DNA of 64,000 bases from Eledone cirrhosa (taxonomy: Eukaryota). The notes under the pieces were generated by a model that had not been told where the DNA came from, did no database searches, and was given only the letters and a program-made list of their open reading frames with translations. The translations under genes were made by a program, and so were the position numbers. The DNA lies in assembly GCA_964016885.1 (NCBI GenBank), contig OZ024742.1:237150001-237214000 (forward strand), written 5' to 3'. This document shows, one piece after another, positions 12,961-26,862 of the stretch. Every line of letters starts with the position of its first letter. Position 1 is the stretch's first letter.

Positions 12961-13301
12961 GGCAAAGAACAAGAAGTGTATGTAAGTGTATGTGCCTGTT
13001 TATTTGCCTGAGTGTGCAAAGGTATGCTGGTATGTGTCTCAGGCCGTGACGAACTTCCACACAATTTCCATCTACGATATTTCCCCCACAAGGTGTTGGT
13101 CACGTTAAGACTACAGTAGAAAACACTTGCTCAAAGTGTCATGCAGTAGAATTAAATTCGAGATCACATAGTTTCGAAGCTAACTTTTTTACCCCACAAC
13201 CATGCATGTGTAATAACTCTAGGTATTTTAAGGTTATTATCAATACCATACTGTTTATAACAGACTACAGAAATGTACTGTATCTATATATAATTAGAAC
13301 T

Positions 13302-13565
13302 TGTGGAGCTACAGAAAAGGACTGCCGGAAGTGTATGAGACGTCTTACCGGAAGCGAAGGACGAATGACGTCGCATCAATGTTCGGGTGTCTATGACGGC
13401 CTCTTTTTCGTCAGGTCGTGGCCTAGTGCTATCATGTTTACGGAACTGAGCGAGAGAGGCTCTGTAATCCTCAGTAGGGCGCAAGTCACGTGGACGTCGG
13501 CGCAAAGGACATTCTGTCTGGAATCAAGTAGAGACGCAAGGTAGGTCCGTTCGCTCCCCACCACA
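13302..13565. mobile_element. Solo LTR (264 bp) with 5-bp target-site duplication
   Basis: GAACT|TGTGG...CCACA|GAACT (TSDs at 13297-13301 and 13566-13570). CpG-rich compared with its flanks. Confidence 0.75.
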
Positions 13566-13788
13566 GAACTTAAGCACGTTATTTTCGCTTGTGTATATAA
13601 ATGTATATATGTGCATGTATCGGTGTTTGTGTTTGTTATTGGTAAATGTGCGTTGGGTGTGAAGCCATTTATTTAGATGGTTATAATAATAATTGGTTTT
13701 GTATAGATTGTAATTAAAGACTCCAAATAGAATATTGATCAGATAATACCAAATAATGTCACCACACACACACACATATATATATATT

Positions 13789-13838
<50 letters not shown>

Positions 13839-14149
13839 TAGATAAACTATGAAAGAATAAGAAAAATGAGTATGTATGTTTTTGTATGTATGTATATATG
13901 TGTGTAGTTAAAGAAATCACAAGACAAAAACAGGTGCAAAAACACAAAGTCCTATTAGTATCACACACTCACACACACACATATATATATACGAGGTTTC
14001 AAAACATATCGAATATGTTTGATTTTTGTGCTGCTCAATAAAACAGCTCAATAGACTTTGCTCAGAGCTATAATAATTTCCCTCTGGATATAAACAGGTA
14101 TATTGTATCATATACTATTTTCTAGCTGTATTTTGTTTCAATTAATACT

Positions 14150-15065
14150 GAAGACGATTTCCTCTGGTGATTGTCTCTTGTAACTTAACCAAAATCGATT
14201 GTGTCCCTGATTTGTTGGCGGTGAACTGTTATTTGTCTTCGGAGTGAATTGCCTGTATGTCCAATACAATGTTCGTGGCAGCCTCTACATGTTATAATGT
14301 ATATTAGATTCTCCGAGTTGCAAGCGAAGTCATTTTTAATTTTAAAGATATAACCGCCTTTGGAATTAAATTCGTTGCCTTCTAACAAATAGGTGCATAC
14401 CCCGCAGTAAGGACAATTGCACTTTTTACTTCAGGTTTTTTAATAAAGGTTCGAGCTTTGCATTCGTTATTATAATTTTTAGTAATTTTGGTTGTCATTT
14501 CCTTTTTATGATTGAGTGTTTTTGTAAAATGTTTTTCATTATCTTGTCCTTTAGTAAGATAGGTAAGTTTAGTTGAAAGTGTGTGTATATTTCTGTGTTC
14601 TTTGGATTGAAAGTTGAAATGTATGGTATGACCTTTCACCTTTTTCTTGTTTTGGTTTTGTTTTTCTGAATGTTTAGGTATTGATTTTACTTGCTTTTTG
14701 GATACTATTGTTGATTAAATTATGGAGATATTTTCTCTTGATAAGTATTTGTTTCATCTCTTCTAGTCTGTGGTCTGTGGTTGTTGGGTTTGAGACAATC
14801 GTACAGATTCGCTTGGGATGTTCGTACGGGTGTGTGATGGTTGAGAAGATGTAAAAAGGTGTTGTCGGGAGTCAGTAAGTTTGAAATATATATCAGTCTC
14901 TAATGTTTTGTTTCTTTTTATTATTAAGATATGTTAAAATGAAAGTTTTGTATTGCTAAAATCCATAGTGAATTGGATATTCTGGTTTATATCATTGATG
15001 AAAGGTGTAGTAAATCAGTGAGTTGTTTCATCACTTTATTGAGTTTGTAGTCTTTAGCTTCTTCA
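14150..15065 (-). mobile_element. Decayed Penelope-like element (RT end + GIY-YIG)
   Basis: NLIYIITCRGCHEHCIGHTGNSLRRQITVHRQQIR; same family as 28270-29710. Confidence 0.8.
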
Positions 15066-16349
15066 GAGTATGGAGATCAGTTGGACCAGATTCATAAATA
15101 GTGGAAGCAAGAATGGAGAACAAAGAACTAATCTCATTACAAAGATGAGAGAAGAATGAAAACTGGTTCTCACACTATGAAGAACAATTTATAATAGAAT
15201 ACAACTCAGAAAACCCATTTCTTAAAGTAAAAGCCAATAGCACGAAAAGCAACAAAGAAAATTCCAATATAGACTACAGTTTCCACTACCACTCTTTATC
15301 TATTTTTCTCTTTCACTAAAATCCCCTCCCTTCCAGACACTGGTAAGTGCTAGCCCCCCCCCCCCCCCACACACACACATACCTGCTGCATAGGGCACAC
15401 CATCCACACGTCCCTCCACTATTTCCACTTAGGTATTCACACCATCACTGCATCCCCTCTCTCTCTATATTATGAAAGTTCATTACAACCGCCTACTCAT
15501 GATCCTGTCAAATCACACCATACATGTCATAGATCCATAACTAACTTCAAACCTATCTCCTTTCTCCTTTCTCCTCTCATCCCACTCTAACCCTGACAGA
15601 ACAGAGATGGTTCTTCAATCGGAACAATGACCAACAACCTCTCTAGTTTCAGTGCCAGAGAAATTCACCTAGTACACCCTGTAAGGTGGTTGACGATGAG
15701 AAGAATACCCTGCTTAAAAGGTCTGAGAGGACACATCAGTTGTGTCAATGACACAACAACCTTTCTGGTGTCAGTGGTTTACATTATAAATGCACCCTGT
15801 ACAAACCGTAAAATGGTTGGTGGCAGGAAGTATATCCCACCATAGAAAGCTTACCAAATGGTTGGGAGGGCCCTAAAGTTACATCAAAGACTTGACAACC
15901 TCCCTAAGGCTGGTGCCATGAAATAGGCTTGGTAAAAAGTGAAACTGTATCTAAGTGAGATGCGGATCCCTGTCGTGAGTATCCCTGATAAAGGTGATGA
16001 TGATAACCATTTTATATTCACTTTCCACGCTGGAATGGGTTGGATGGGTCATTACAATCTGAGACTTGACTGGCCAAGGGACCACTTTCGATTAGTATAT
16101 GGTTTCTACAACTGGATTCCCCTCCTAATGCCAACCATTTCACAAAGTGTAATGGAGGCATTTTATCATAATACCAGCTCCGCAACTTTAAAGCATGAGT
16201 TGGGTGCATATATACAAAACCATTTTTTTCCATGCTTATATCGGTTAAAAGGATTGGTCACATTATGAGACAAGTCAGGTCAGGTGACCATGTCATGCTC
16301 ATATCAATCTGTTTGGGGATTGGTTTCAATGGCTGGATGCCCTTCCTAA

Positions 16350-16590
16350 CACTAACCACATTACAGTGTGAAGTGAGTGCTTTTTATTATGACACCAAAA
16401 CAACCATTTGACAGGGTGAGCTTGATGCTTTTTGTTATATCACCAGCACAACCTCCTAAACAGGGTGGACTGAGTGCTTTTTCATTGTCAACAACACAAC
16501 CACCTTACAGAGTGGACTAGGTGCTTTTTTTGTCATGTCACCAACATGACCATCTTACAGAGTGGACTGGGTGCTTTTATTGTGGTAGCA
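16350..16590. repeat. ~38-40 bp degenerate minisatellite from the RTE/SINE 3' UTR unit (also 21860-22075, 60180-60430)
   Basis: Repeated 'accac(t)ttacagtgtggactgggtgcttttt...caccagcac'. The same unit occurs in RTE 3' UTRs at 37975-38050 and 63770-64000. Confidence 0.7.
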
Positions 16591-16789
16591 GCATTGAAGG
16601 AGAGCAAATGTGGAGCTTCCCATGTTTGCATGGATGGGTGGTAAAAAAGGTGTGGGAGGTGATGGGGTTTTTTTTTGGTGGAGGGGAATATGTATGCAAT
16701 TGGATCTGGACAAGGTGAATAGGGGAGGTCTATATAGGATATTTAGCTGGTGATAGGAGGTGGTGAAAATTAAGATTGGGGGAGGGGAA

Positions 16790-17160
16790 AGAATGGTGCA
16801 TATCAGTGTCCTCTCTGTGTTTGTTTCATCCTGTTCACATGGGAAGATGGGTCTTCTGCAGCACAGCATCCAATGTCATCTCTTTTGAGAGGTTTAATTG
16901 TGTTAGCAGCTCAGCATTTATCACTTCATCCCAAGTTTTCCTAGGTCTTCCTCTTCCATATTTTTTATCATTGTTGAGTGCCTGTCAGCTCTTTATACAG
17001 TTGTTAGCCTCTATACACATGACGTGTCCACACCTCTGCAATTTCCACTTCTGTATACTACATCTGACTCCACTTATTGTGGAGTGTAGACACATCAATT
17101 CATTGATGCTTTGCCATTCATGTACATTACTATTACACATCCATCAGAACAGGTAAGCTT
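16790..17160 (-). mobile_element. RTE LINE 3' fragment
   Basis: Antisense remnants of the RRxRWxGHV and GRGRPRKTWDEV motifs. Confidence 0.65.
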
Positions 17161-17342
17161 CATTTATATCCATTTTTTCCAATAACGAACATATGCTTTT
17201 TTGAAAGCAGAAAGTAGAACAAAATCTGAGATTAATGTTGTGCCAAATAATGATAACAGAAAATAACAGTGATAAGATATAAATTTATTGCTCTCCTCAA
17301 TAGCAAATAACTTATAAATACATATATACAAATGTACAGATG

Positions 17343-17374
<32 letters not shown>

Positions 17375-17377
<3 letters not shown>

Positions 17378-18490
17378 CGTTTTTTAATTTGTTTTGCGAG
17401 ATTTCTTATATGAAAATGTATGTTGAAACAGATATTGTTATACTTTGGGAAGGTCATGCTGCCAATAAAAACACATGTGCCTGTTGGTTTTCACTTCAAT
17501 TTATTATAAGTTAAGTTTCCGGTTAGTTGGTTGGTTGGTTCGATAACTGAAAGGTTGTTTATATATTGTCAAAGCTCTTTCATCACACATTCTGTGACCT
17601 CCTCAGTGATTAGGTTTTATTTTGTGTCCCTCCCTTGTTCTGTCCTACACCATCTTTTTGTGTCATGACCCTCCCAAAGTATAACAATATATATATATAT
17701 ATGGGAGAAAGTATGACCCCAATGGCAGGGCTCAAGCCGTTTTGACGGCTATTTCTGTCCAGAAATAGCCGTCGAAATGGTGTGTGTGTGTGTATATATA
17801 TATACACACACACACACACACATATATACATATATGAGGCTAAAGTTTACTTTAGCCTCAACAAAAACAAAGAGATATGTAGTCTTGATAACTGCTAATA
17901 AGTGAGAAACGATTGCATCGTTGATTACTTCTGCCTCTTTTGCTCATGCTGGGTGTGTGGATGGTCACAACCTTAATAATTCAACCCATATATTATTCAG
18001 TATACAATATGTACACACATATATATATATATATTAGTTTTTGTATTTGTTTTGCAAGATTTCTTATCTGAAAACGTGTGTTGAAACAGATCTTGTTATA
18101 CTTTGGGAGAGTCATGCTGCCACGCATCTTTTGGTTTTCACTTCAATTTATTACAAATTTCTAGTTATTGTGTTCGATAACAGGATGGTTGTTTGTTTAT
18201 TGTCAAAGCTGTTTTGTCACACATTCTGTGACCTTATCAATGACTGATTTGCTATTTTATTCTGTCTATAACCATTTTGTTTTTGTGTGTTGTGTGTTGT
18301 GTCTTTAAGACACTAGCTTATTTTAGCCTCAGTCACTGAGGAGGTCACAGAATGTGTGACAAAGAGCTTTGACAATAAATAAACAACCATCCAGTTATTG
18401 AACCAACCAACTGGAAATTTGCAATAAATTGATGTGAAAACTGACAGGTGTATTTCTTTTTATTGTCAGTATGACCCTCCCAAATTATAA
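17375..18490. mobile_element. Cluster of diverged pLTR pieces of the 1196-2270 PLE family, in both orientations
   Basis: 'gttatactttgggaaggtcatg' and 'tcacacattctgtgacct' blocks at 17375-17690 and 18040-18490. A hammerhead remnant at 18332-18373 has lost the G of GAAA. Another copy lies at 56917-57245. Confidence 0.75.
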
Positions 18491-18887
18491 TGAATTGACA
18501 TATAATGAGTCATTAAGATGTTGGAAGAATGCTTTACAGTAGTCATCCCAACTCATTGCGCGCTCTGAGTTCAAATACCCCTGTGGTCAACTTTGCCTTT
18601 CATCTTTTTGAGGTTGATAAAAAAAGTACCAGTCCAGTACTGAGGTCGATTCTTCCACTATAGAAAAAATCGGCTGTGTTCAGACCTGGAGAAGGTTGGG
18701 CTCCGCCAGGTTTAAAAGTACCCTAGACACGCTGTATGAAGGTGTCTCTATGAATCCACAAGGAGTGATGGGATCTTTATCCTTTTATATATATATATAT
18801 ATATATATATTAAAGTGTTAAATGATATTCAATGATTATGTCAAAGAACATAACCATTTACCATCTCAGGGTATGTCATGTATCATA

Positions 18888-18938
18888 TTTTGTCTGATGA
18901 GGACGTACTGTTGTACATCCGAAATATGTATAATAAAA
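18888..18938 (+). ncRNA. Type I hammerhead ribozyme motif in a ~175-bp TA-flanked module
   Basis: ttttgt CTGATGA gga-cgtac-tgtt-gtaca-tcc GAAA t atgt ATA ataaaa. Canonical core with G10.1-C11.1 pair. Confidence 0.75.
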
Positions 18939-18979
18939 TGTAATTGATCAAAAGAACATCTATTTTATTAATATTTATA

Positions 18980-19012
<33 letters not shown>

Positions 19013-19237
19013 CGTCATCATCATGCATCAATTTTCCACGCTAAAATGGGTTGAACGAGTTACCCTGATGCTGTGAGACAAGTCAGATCAAGTGACTGTG
19101 ACATCGCCTTTGAGAGGTGCAATTGAGCAAGGTCAGCTGTTATCACCTCGTCCCGAGTCTTCCTACTCCGTAACTTCAATGAACTTTATATATATATATA
19201 CACATATACATACATATACATATATATATATATATAT

Positions 19238-19270
<33 letters not shown>

Positions 19271-19393
19271 TATATATTTTCTAGATCGATACAGGCGGAC
19301 TATATGTACTTGAATTAAGGTATTTCTATCTGGCTAAAAAATTGTCATTTTGCAAAAAAAACACACTAGTGTTGATCATATTTTTTTAAATTG

Positions 19394-19428
<35 letters not shown>

Positions 19429-19507
19429 CATACATATATATATATACATACATATATATATATACATACATATATATATATGCATACACATATACATACA
19501 TATATAT

Positions 19508-19595
<88 letters not shown>

Positions 19596-19639
19596 GATAT
19601 AAACATGCATAATATATATATATTTTACATATATTACAG

Positions 19640-21325
19640 ATACATGTATGTTTTTTTTTATTTAAATGGTACATAATTTAACGATACACAGTGGACAGTT
19701 ATGTATAACATTATTACAAACATTTCCATATCTTTGGAGGAAATATCTGTAACATTAAATCATTCAAATTGATAGGATAATAATTTATTGTGAAGAATAT
19801 ACTATTAAATAGCATTATCACAATAGAACTGCCCAAACCTTGAATATGATTGATTCTTGCTTTATTAACTTTCAACTTATTTCCGTGATTAACAATATGT
19901 GACAAAATTATCCATCAGAATTTTCAATAGGATAAAGTGAACAATATCATTGTTTTGGCTACAAACCCAGGTCCTGCTGCTCACAATAAAGAGGAGTAGA
20001 AAGAGATTAGCTCTTAACATCCTGCAATGATTTACCACAATATATCTAAAAACAGATTTGTCAATTTAAATGTTTATAACGTTTTTATAAGTAGACAGGT
20101 CATTGTGAAAATTTGCAGTATTTAGGTAAAGACTTCAATTTTTAATGTGATACTGACATAGTGCTGTTTTGTAAAGTCATGCTAATATGGTTTCAAGCAG
20201 TATAAGATATCAAGATTTAAATACAAGGTATTGATTGACTGTTTCTTTCTGTACTGGTTGCTATCGAGACCTGTGATGTCCTCTTGGTCCCCGGTCTGCT
20301 GTTTTTCTCTGCCAAATCACATAGGCATGACTACTGAGAAAGAAGCCTTGTGATGTGAAATGGCTGATGCAGCAGATATCACTAACTGGAGTCTAACACA
20401 ATACTTTTTCCATGGAGCACAGCAGCCAAAAGTTACTCTCCAGCCAGTGGTGTAAAGTTTTTAACTGCCCCCCTCCACAAACACCACCACACGCACTTCG
20501 TTTGCTGTTTTTTTCTTTCTTTTTCATTTTTTACTTTTTTTGTCATTATAATATTAAAGGAATATAATAGAAAGAGAATTTACAAACATTTTGCAGCCAA
20601 TTATAAAGTGTATGTGTCACTGTGTCAGTATCTACATCTATGTCTCTGTTTATATCCTGTAACTTAGGGGTTCAACAAAAAAAAAAAAAAAAAGCTGATG
20701 AATAAAATAATTACCAAACTTGGAAAAAAAGTACTGAGGTTGATATGATCCACTAGATCCCTTAAAGAGATTGACTGAGGCCAGTAAAAGAATAAAATGA
20801 ATGATATTAACACTTTTATGAATGTATTTCTAATAATATACTGTATTGAATTTCATTAATGGAGTATTTTACTAAAATTATTAATTATTTCATTATTATC
20901 GCTTTTATTATCATATTTCTAATGAAAGACATAACTCATGGTTTTCCAATAATTTTGAAAATACAGAATTTAGAGGGATTAACTAAAATAACTTTCCCCT
21001 TATTAAGCTGGTATCTGGAACACAACTTAACAAAGATTCTTACATAAAATTATGATGGTTTTTAAATAAATATAAATACTTTGAAATAAACAGATCTTAA
21101 CATAGAACCAGAGGTAGTTCCAGGCAGTTTGATATCAAAAAGGTTAATATAGTATTTGTAACATAACTTAATAAATGGTTCTTACGTCAAATTATGTTGG
21201 AAGTTATTAATTTAAATAGGAACCTTTTAAAATGGTTGGCTTTGTTTCATAGAACCAGAGGTAGTTTTGGACTGATTGGTATCAAAAAGATTAAAACAAT
21301 TTCACAAACTGTTAGCTGTCAATGA
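19640..21325 (-). other. Putative 3' UTR of the STK36-like gene
   Basis: Repeat-poor stretch after the stop codon, with minus-strand AATAAA at about 19866, 19788 and 19662, then a microsatellite block. The end point is not determinable. Confidence 0.45.
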
Positions 21326-21511
21326 CTAAGAATTCAGAACTTCTAACAACTTGTTACAGTGATTGACCATTCCATTGACAGTTCTGTCACGGGGTGAAGG
21401 TACCAGAGATATTTCTATCTTTTCAATGTCTACAGGGTGAGATGCTGGCAAAGGTGACATCGTTTCCATCAGTCTTGACAACAAGCCAGAGCTATTGTAC
21501 AGCACCATCGC
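21326..21511 (-). CDS. STK36: STK36-like terminal coding exon
   Basis: tttttag|GCG ATG GTG...TAG. Encodes AMVLYNSSGLLSRL...NHCNKLLEVLNS*, resembling the STK36 C-terminus 'HCRKLIHLL'. Confidence 0.85.
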   Translation of the reverse strand, partial: AMVLYNSSGLLSRLMETMSPLPASHPVDIEKIEISLVPSPRDRTVNGMVNHCNKLLEVLNS

Positions 21512-22269
21512 CTAAAAATAACACATGGCAAGGAAGAAACTGAAATTTATCCAAAATAACGTACAAATAATGTAATTTAACAATAATAGTAAATGAGATT
21601 ATTCATTATATTAACTCTTAATATCATGTAATGATTTAGAAGAAAATATTTATTTACAAATGGGTTTGTTAATTCAAATGTCTATAGTGTCTGTATTAGT
21701 GAACAGATCATAGTGAAAATGTGCAGTATTAGAGTGAAGACTTAGATGATGATGATGGTGATCATTTGACGTTCATTTTTGGTTGTCCCATTTGAGGTAA
21801 GTCAGATCAGGTGGCTGTGTCTTGTTCAAACAGAACTGTTGCTGGCTTGATTTCTACAACCACATTTACATTGTAAACTGGATGTTTTTTGTCATGACAC
21901 CTACACAACCACTTTACAGTATGGACAAGGTGCATTTTATCATGGCACCATAACAACCACTTTAAAGTGTGGGCTACGTGCTTTTTGTTGTGATACCAGC
22001 ACAATCACTTTATAGTGTGAACTGGGTGGTTTTTGTCATGGCACAAAAACAACCACTTTACAGTGTAGACTGGGAACTTGAGCAGGGGGTGTAAAGGCTT
22101 GGGTGAAGTATTAGGGTGCAAGAGGTGAATAATATAGTTGTAAGATTGGTAAAATGATCCACAAGTTTTCAACCTGTGAGTGTGTATATATGTTTGAATG
22201 TATGTAAATGTATATGTATGATTCTTGTACCTACATGGAGAATAACTTGCAAACATGTGTGTAGTACCC

Positions 22270-22590
22270 AGGGGAATGATTTTTGCAACTCATTGATTTT
22301 AAAACAGCCCGGAATGTTAGTTATATAATTGTTTGCACTCTTGGATATCATTCCCAGTGCCCCAATGACTAAATGTAATGCAATTGTTTTGAGATGCTAC
22401 CTTCTGCTAAATTCTATTTCATGGTCCTTGTATTTACTGAGTTTCTTAAATAATTTTAGTGAGGTGTTTTTGTTGTGGCATTTATAAGATAAGTGTTCAA
22501 CAAAATTTTTAATAGTATCTGGCCGATTAGCTTGGATTTCCCTATATTTTTGAATTCGAAACTTCCAGAAGATAGAGACTTAAGTATTTG
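22270..22590 (-). mobile_element. RLE-type (R4/Dong-like) LINE C-terminal remnant
   Basis: Antisense remnants of 'FWKFRIQ...IQANRPD' and the downstream 'GALG' block of restriction-like endonucleases. Confidence 0.55.
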
Positions 22591-25500
22591 GGTAATCTCT
22601 GTGTGTGTGTGTGCATGTAATATATTATTATTGCTTCGGAAAGTTTTAATTAGGAATTAGAAATATATGACAAGCTATTATAACAAGAATAATGTACAGC
22701 AATGGTCATAACAAACAACGATTAATGAGAAAATAACTGAAAAATAATTGTTTCTACTTTTGGCACAAGGCCAGCAATTACCCAGTGCATTACTGGTACT
22801 TCATTTTATCGACCCCTTAAGAATGAAAGACAAAGTTAACCTCAGCGGGATTTGAACTCAGAATGGCAAGGGCCGTAACTCTTTGTGTCAAAGAATGGTG
22901 TCCGACCCTCTACCAATACTGCTAATCCACAGCCCCTGAAAAATAATAATCACCAATGATACATAATCACAGAAAATATATTTATGTAAGGCTGTGTAGC
23001 AAAGACATTTGCTTCACAACCACATGGTTTTAGGTCTGATTTTCCTGTATGGTGCCACAGGTATATATCTTCTACTATAACCTGTGGCTGTGAGGGAAAT
23101 TGGATTGATGGAAACTGTATAAAAGCTCATTATATATAAAATACAATAAACATTTGAAAGCCATTTTCCCTGCTAAAGCAGAGATAAGTCTTGCAAGTCC
23201 CATGAAAGTTTCTCTATTTTGCCCTATCCTCTGCTGATCAAGAAGTTTGCTTTGTAATCATAAGGTCATGTGTTTGATTCCACAGTGTGGCATCTTGGGC
23301 AGGTGTTGTTTACTATAACCTCAGATCAGCCCAAACTTTGTAAGTGAAATTAGGTAAATGGAAAATTTGGAAGCCTGTCGGATGGACTGTATCTCTAATA
23401 CAAAGGGCCAGCCGTGTCATATGCAGTGTCACATTGCATCTCCCTGAAAATTACAATAAGAGCATGCACATCTGTGGAATGTTCATCGACTTACATATTA
23501 ATTTCATGAGCAAGGTGTTCCATTTATCATATAACTGGAACTCTCATTGTTGAAACTGACAGAAGTCCATGATCCTCTGCATATCCCCTTCATTTCCTCC
23601 TCCATCATTTCCAGCTATATATTTTTTGGTTTTTCTCTACCTTCTTCCACATTCATTTCCATGGCTCTTGTCAACCAGTCACTTTCATCCTTCACACACG
23701 ACTCAGCTTTCTCATTCCATGTATGTTTTCACAATTACAAAATTTAAACAAGCTGTGTATTGTTTATGTCTTCCATAAACAAAATGTCCTTCAGCTTAGA
23801 TGTTCATTGAAAAGTTAGTGGAATAAGTGCCATAAAGTAGGGCATCAGGTCATAGGACACTGCCTAGTCTCATCCAATCTATACAGACATAGAAATATGA
23901 ATGTGATGATGATGATGACATTACTTTCTAAAATTCACTTCACAGCATTCTATATATTATTATTAAAATTTCTTTCAACATCTAGACTAGCCATCATGAA
24001 ATATTTTTTCTTTAGAAAGTTCTAAAATATATTTATATTGCATGTGATTAGCAGAATTGGCAGAGTGCAGGAGAAAATACTTTGTAGTAGATGGTTGCAT
24101 CCTTTAAATGTTCAAATATTGCTGAGATCCATTATATATATTTTTTTTTTATTGTTTAGTCAGTCCTTCTTGCTCAGAACATGGGCCAAGCAGAATTCCT
24201 TTTCATGTCTTTCCAACCTCAAAAGGCCAAAGAAGGCCATGGGCATTGGACCAGACCTACTAAGTAAAAAAGAGATGAAAGAACAGTGTACATGATCCTA
24301 TACATGTCTTTTGAGACTGGAGGGAGAGAAGATGGTATCCTCAAACAGGATACTTGGAACGGATGGGTCAGGCGGATCGAGTTTGGCTTGGACTAACACT
24401 GCCTCACTGCCTGCAGCCACTGCAGTTAGTGGACTAACACTGCCAGCAGCCACTGTCTTGCCACAGATCATAGGCCAGTTCCCCCGACATGCTGTTCTCA
24501 ATGGCATATTCAGGAGGAGCTTGGACGCAGCTGACTTCCTATCACAACTGGAGCCAGCAGGCCTCGACTGCGGAGACAGCAAGTGCCCTGACAGAACTAC
24601 CCTCTTCCCATTCAAAGGAGGTAGATCTCTCATCTGAGATGCCACATGCTGTCACACGTTCTCTACCTCCAACTTAATCACTTCAGCCACAAACCCTGGT
24701 ACTGTGGCCCACAATGCAGAGAACAGGAACTAATACTGAGGCTTGTATGGTTGCTTCTCTTCACATTGGTCGCCATTGAACGTCAGCAGCCCATCTGAGA
24801 AAGGAGCCCTGCGAGGTGGGGTGGCTATTGCAGCAGGATTCACTGGCCATAGTTCGCGAGGTGCAGCACCAACACTACCACACCCCAAGCCCAGAGTCCA
24901 TCCCCCTCTCCCTGTACCCTCCAATTCTTCTGACACTAGAGCCTTTGCTTTTCCCTTCCTTTTCCATTTTAAAATATTTGTAGTGTTTTATTAATTATTT
25001 TATAGTCATTAATTCATGTAGTTACTCATTAATCATTTCATCTGTCTGCTTATTGTCTGATTATATGAGAATATACAAATAGATATCACTGTTAAATTAT
25101 TTCTAAATACTGCAGGGCATCCCAACCAACACTTTAATAATCCTACCAATCCACTGCTCTAGACTGATACTATATATTAGTGACTCTGGAACGATAGAAG
25201 ATAAAACTGACTTCTGTTGGATTTAAACTCAGAACATAAAAAGAGCTGAAACAAATACTATAAAACATTTCAGCTGATGCTCTAGTCCTTCTACCATTTT
25301 CCTACTTAGATTAGAGGAAAAGCAAAGTTGACTTCAAGCAGGATTTGAACTCAAAGTGCAGAGAACCAAAACAAATACTACAAGATACATCAGACAATTC
25401 AACTACTTTGGAATATAAGTACAGTACAAAAGTAAATCTTTTGACAAGAGAACATCTGACTGGAGAGTTGTGAATTTATAGAACCATTTAAATGATGTAA

Positions 25501-26604
25501 CTTTAGACATTTCCGTGAGAAACAGTTGCTCTTCACATAAATGATAAATGAGATTTATAACGAAATGTATAGTATTGCTGTAAAGTGATTATATACACTA
25601 TAACTTAACCTATAATTCTAATACTTCACAAATGGATCACAGTAGTTGTTTTGATGATGTCCAAGCTATGTAAGGATGGTAAAGCAGCAAATATAGAAAT
25701 GATGATGATGATGATGATATTACATTCAATTAAACTAGATCTGGAGTTTCTTGAATACAAAACAAAGAACATTCATATAAAATATCTCCAATTGTCTTTT
25801 AACTGATAAAATGTTTCTGTCATGAAACTGTTAATAGTCCAGGCCTCTCAATGCATCAAATCTAACAAATATATAAGTTTACATAACAATACTGATACCA
25901 AATGTCCACTATATCATTTCATTCCCAACAAATAAATCTTTTGAAAACATTTCCATCAGTTTTACATACAAACTTTGTAACTTATTTATATGTATAACTA
26001 GTAGAAACACTGCCCCATTGAAATGTTTCTGCTAGAAAATATATATAAATGTACACAAAAGGGGAAACTACACCTATCTTGTGCAAATGACACGGATTCA
26101 CATCGATATTTTTGATTTTGTACATTATTTTAATTAATTCAATATTATTTTTTAAAGGATAAGCACATGGATATTGTTTTATATATTCAGTTAAAGAAGA
26201 GATTCTTAAATTTTTGGGACCCTGACCCCCCCCCCCCACCTCACATCCACATAAAACCCTCAGTACCCCAAACTCCTATTTCCAGAGAGACCTGCCTACA
26301 CGCAAATTGTAAATAATATACGATAAACAAAATCATTAATTTATATATAATAATAAATATATATTTTTTATTTTACTGTATCTATAGATGTATCATTTAA
26401 TATTTAATATAATATTATATCATATGTATACAATACTATAACATTATAAATAATAAATTCATAGCATTCCCCAATCCACCACCAAAAAAGAAACCTTTCT
26501 ACATACGCAAATATATTCTTACTCAATAAAATAATGCACAAATTTATAACGCATATTAGAAACGTCAATAATATACCACTAAAACAGCCAATCCAGATGG
26601 GTTT

Positions 26605-26862
26605 TTAGGGAGGAGGTTCAATGAGAAGGATGAGTTTGGTGAAGTGAAAGGCTGAATAAGTCAGATCTCCACGCTCCATATTTTGAAGCTTGCACTGCTG
26701 CTTCCTAAGAAGGCAAGTGACCACACTGAATCCTTTCTCAACCAAATATGGTGTTGGAAAGGCAATGAAGAACAATTTGACTTTCTTCCAAAGCTCCAGA
26801 TAGTTAAGTATAAGAAAGAATGCAAGACAAGTTTTTGCATTTATAAGAACGTTCACTTGCAT
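26605..26862 (-). mobile_element. hAT (Buster/Charlie-like) transposase C-terminal remnant
   Basis: LWKKVKLFFIAFPTPYLVEKGFSVVTCLLRKQQCKL...RGDL resembles the hAT dimerization domain. Confidence 0.75.

Noticed and set aside
16350-16590. CRISPR-like appearance of ~40-bp repeated units (also 21860-22075, 60180-60430)
   Set aside because: Units are degenerate head-to-tail repeats with no unique spacers, derive from the RTE/SINE 3' UTR, and lie in eukaryotic DNA with no cas genes.
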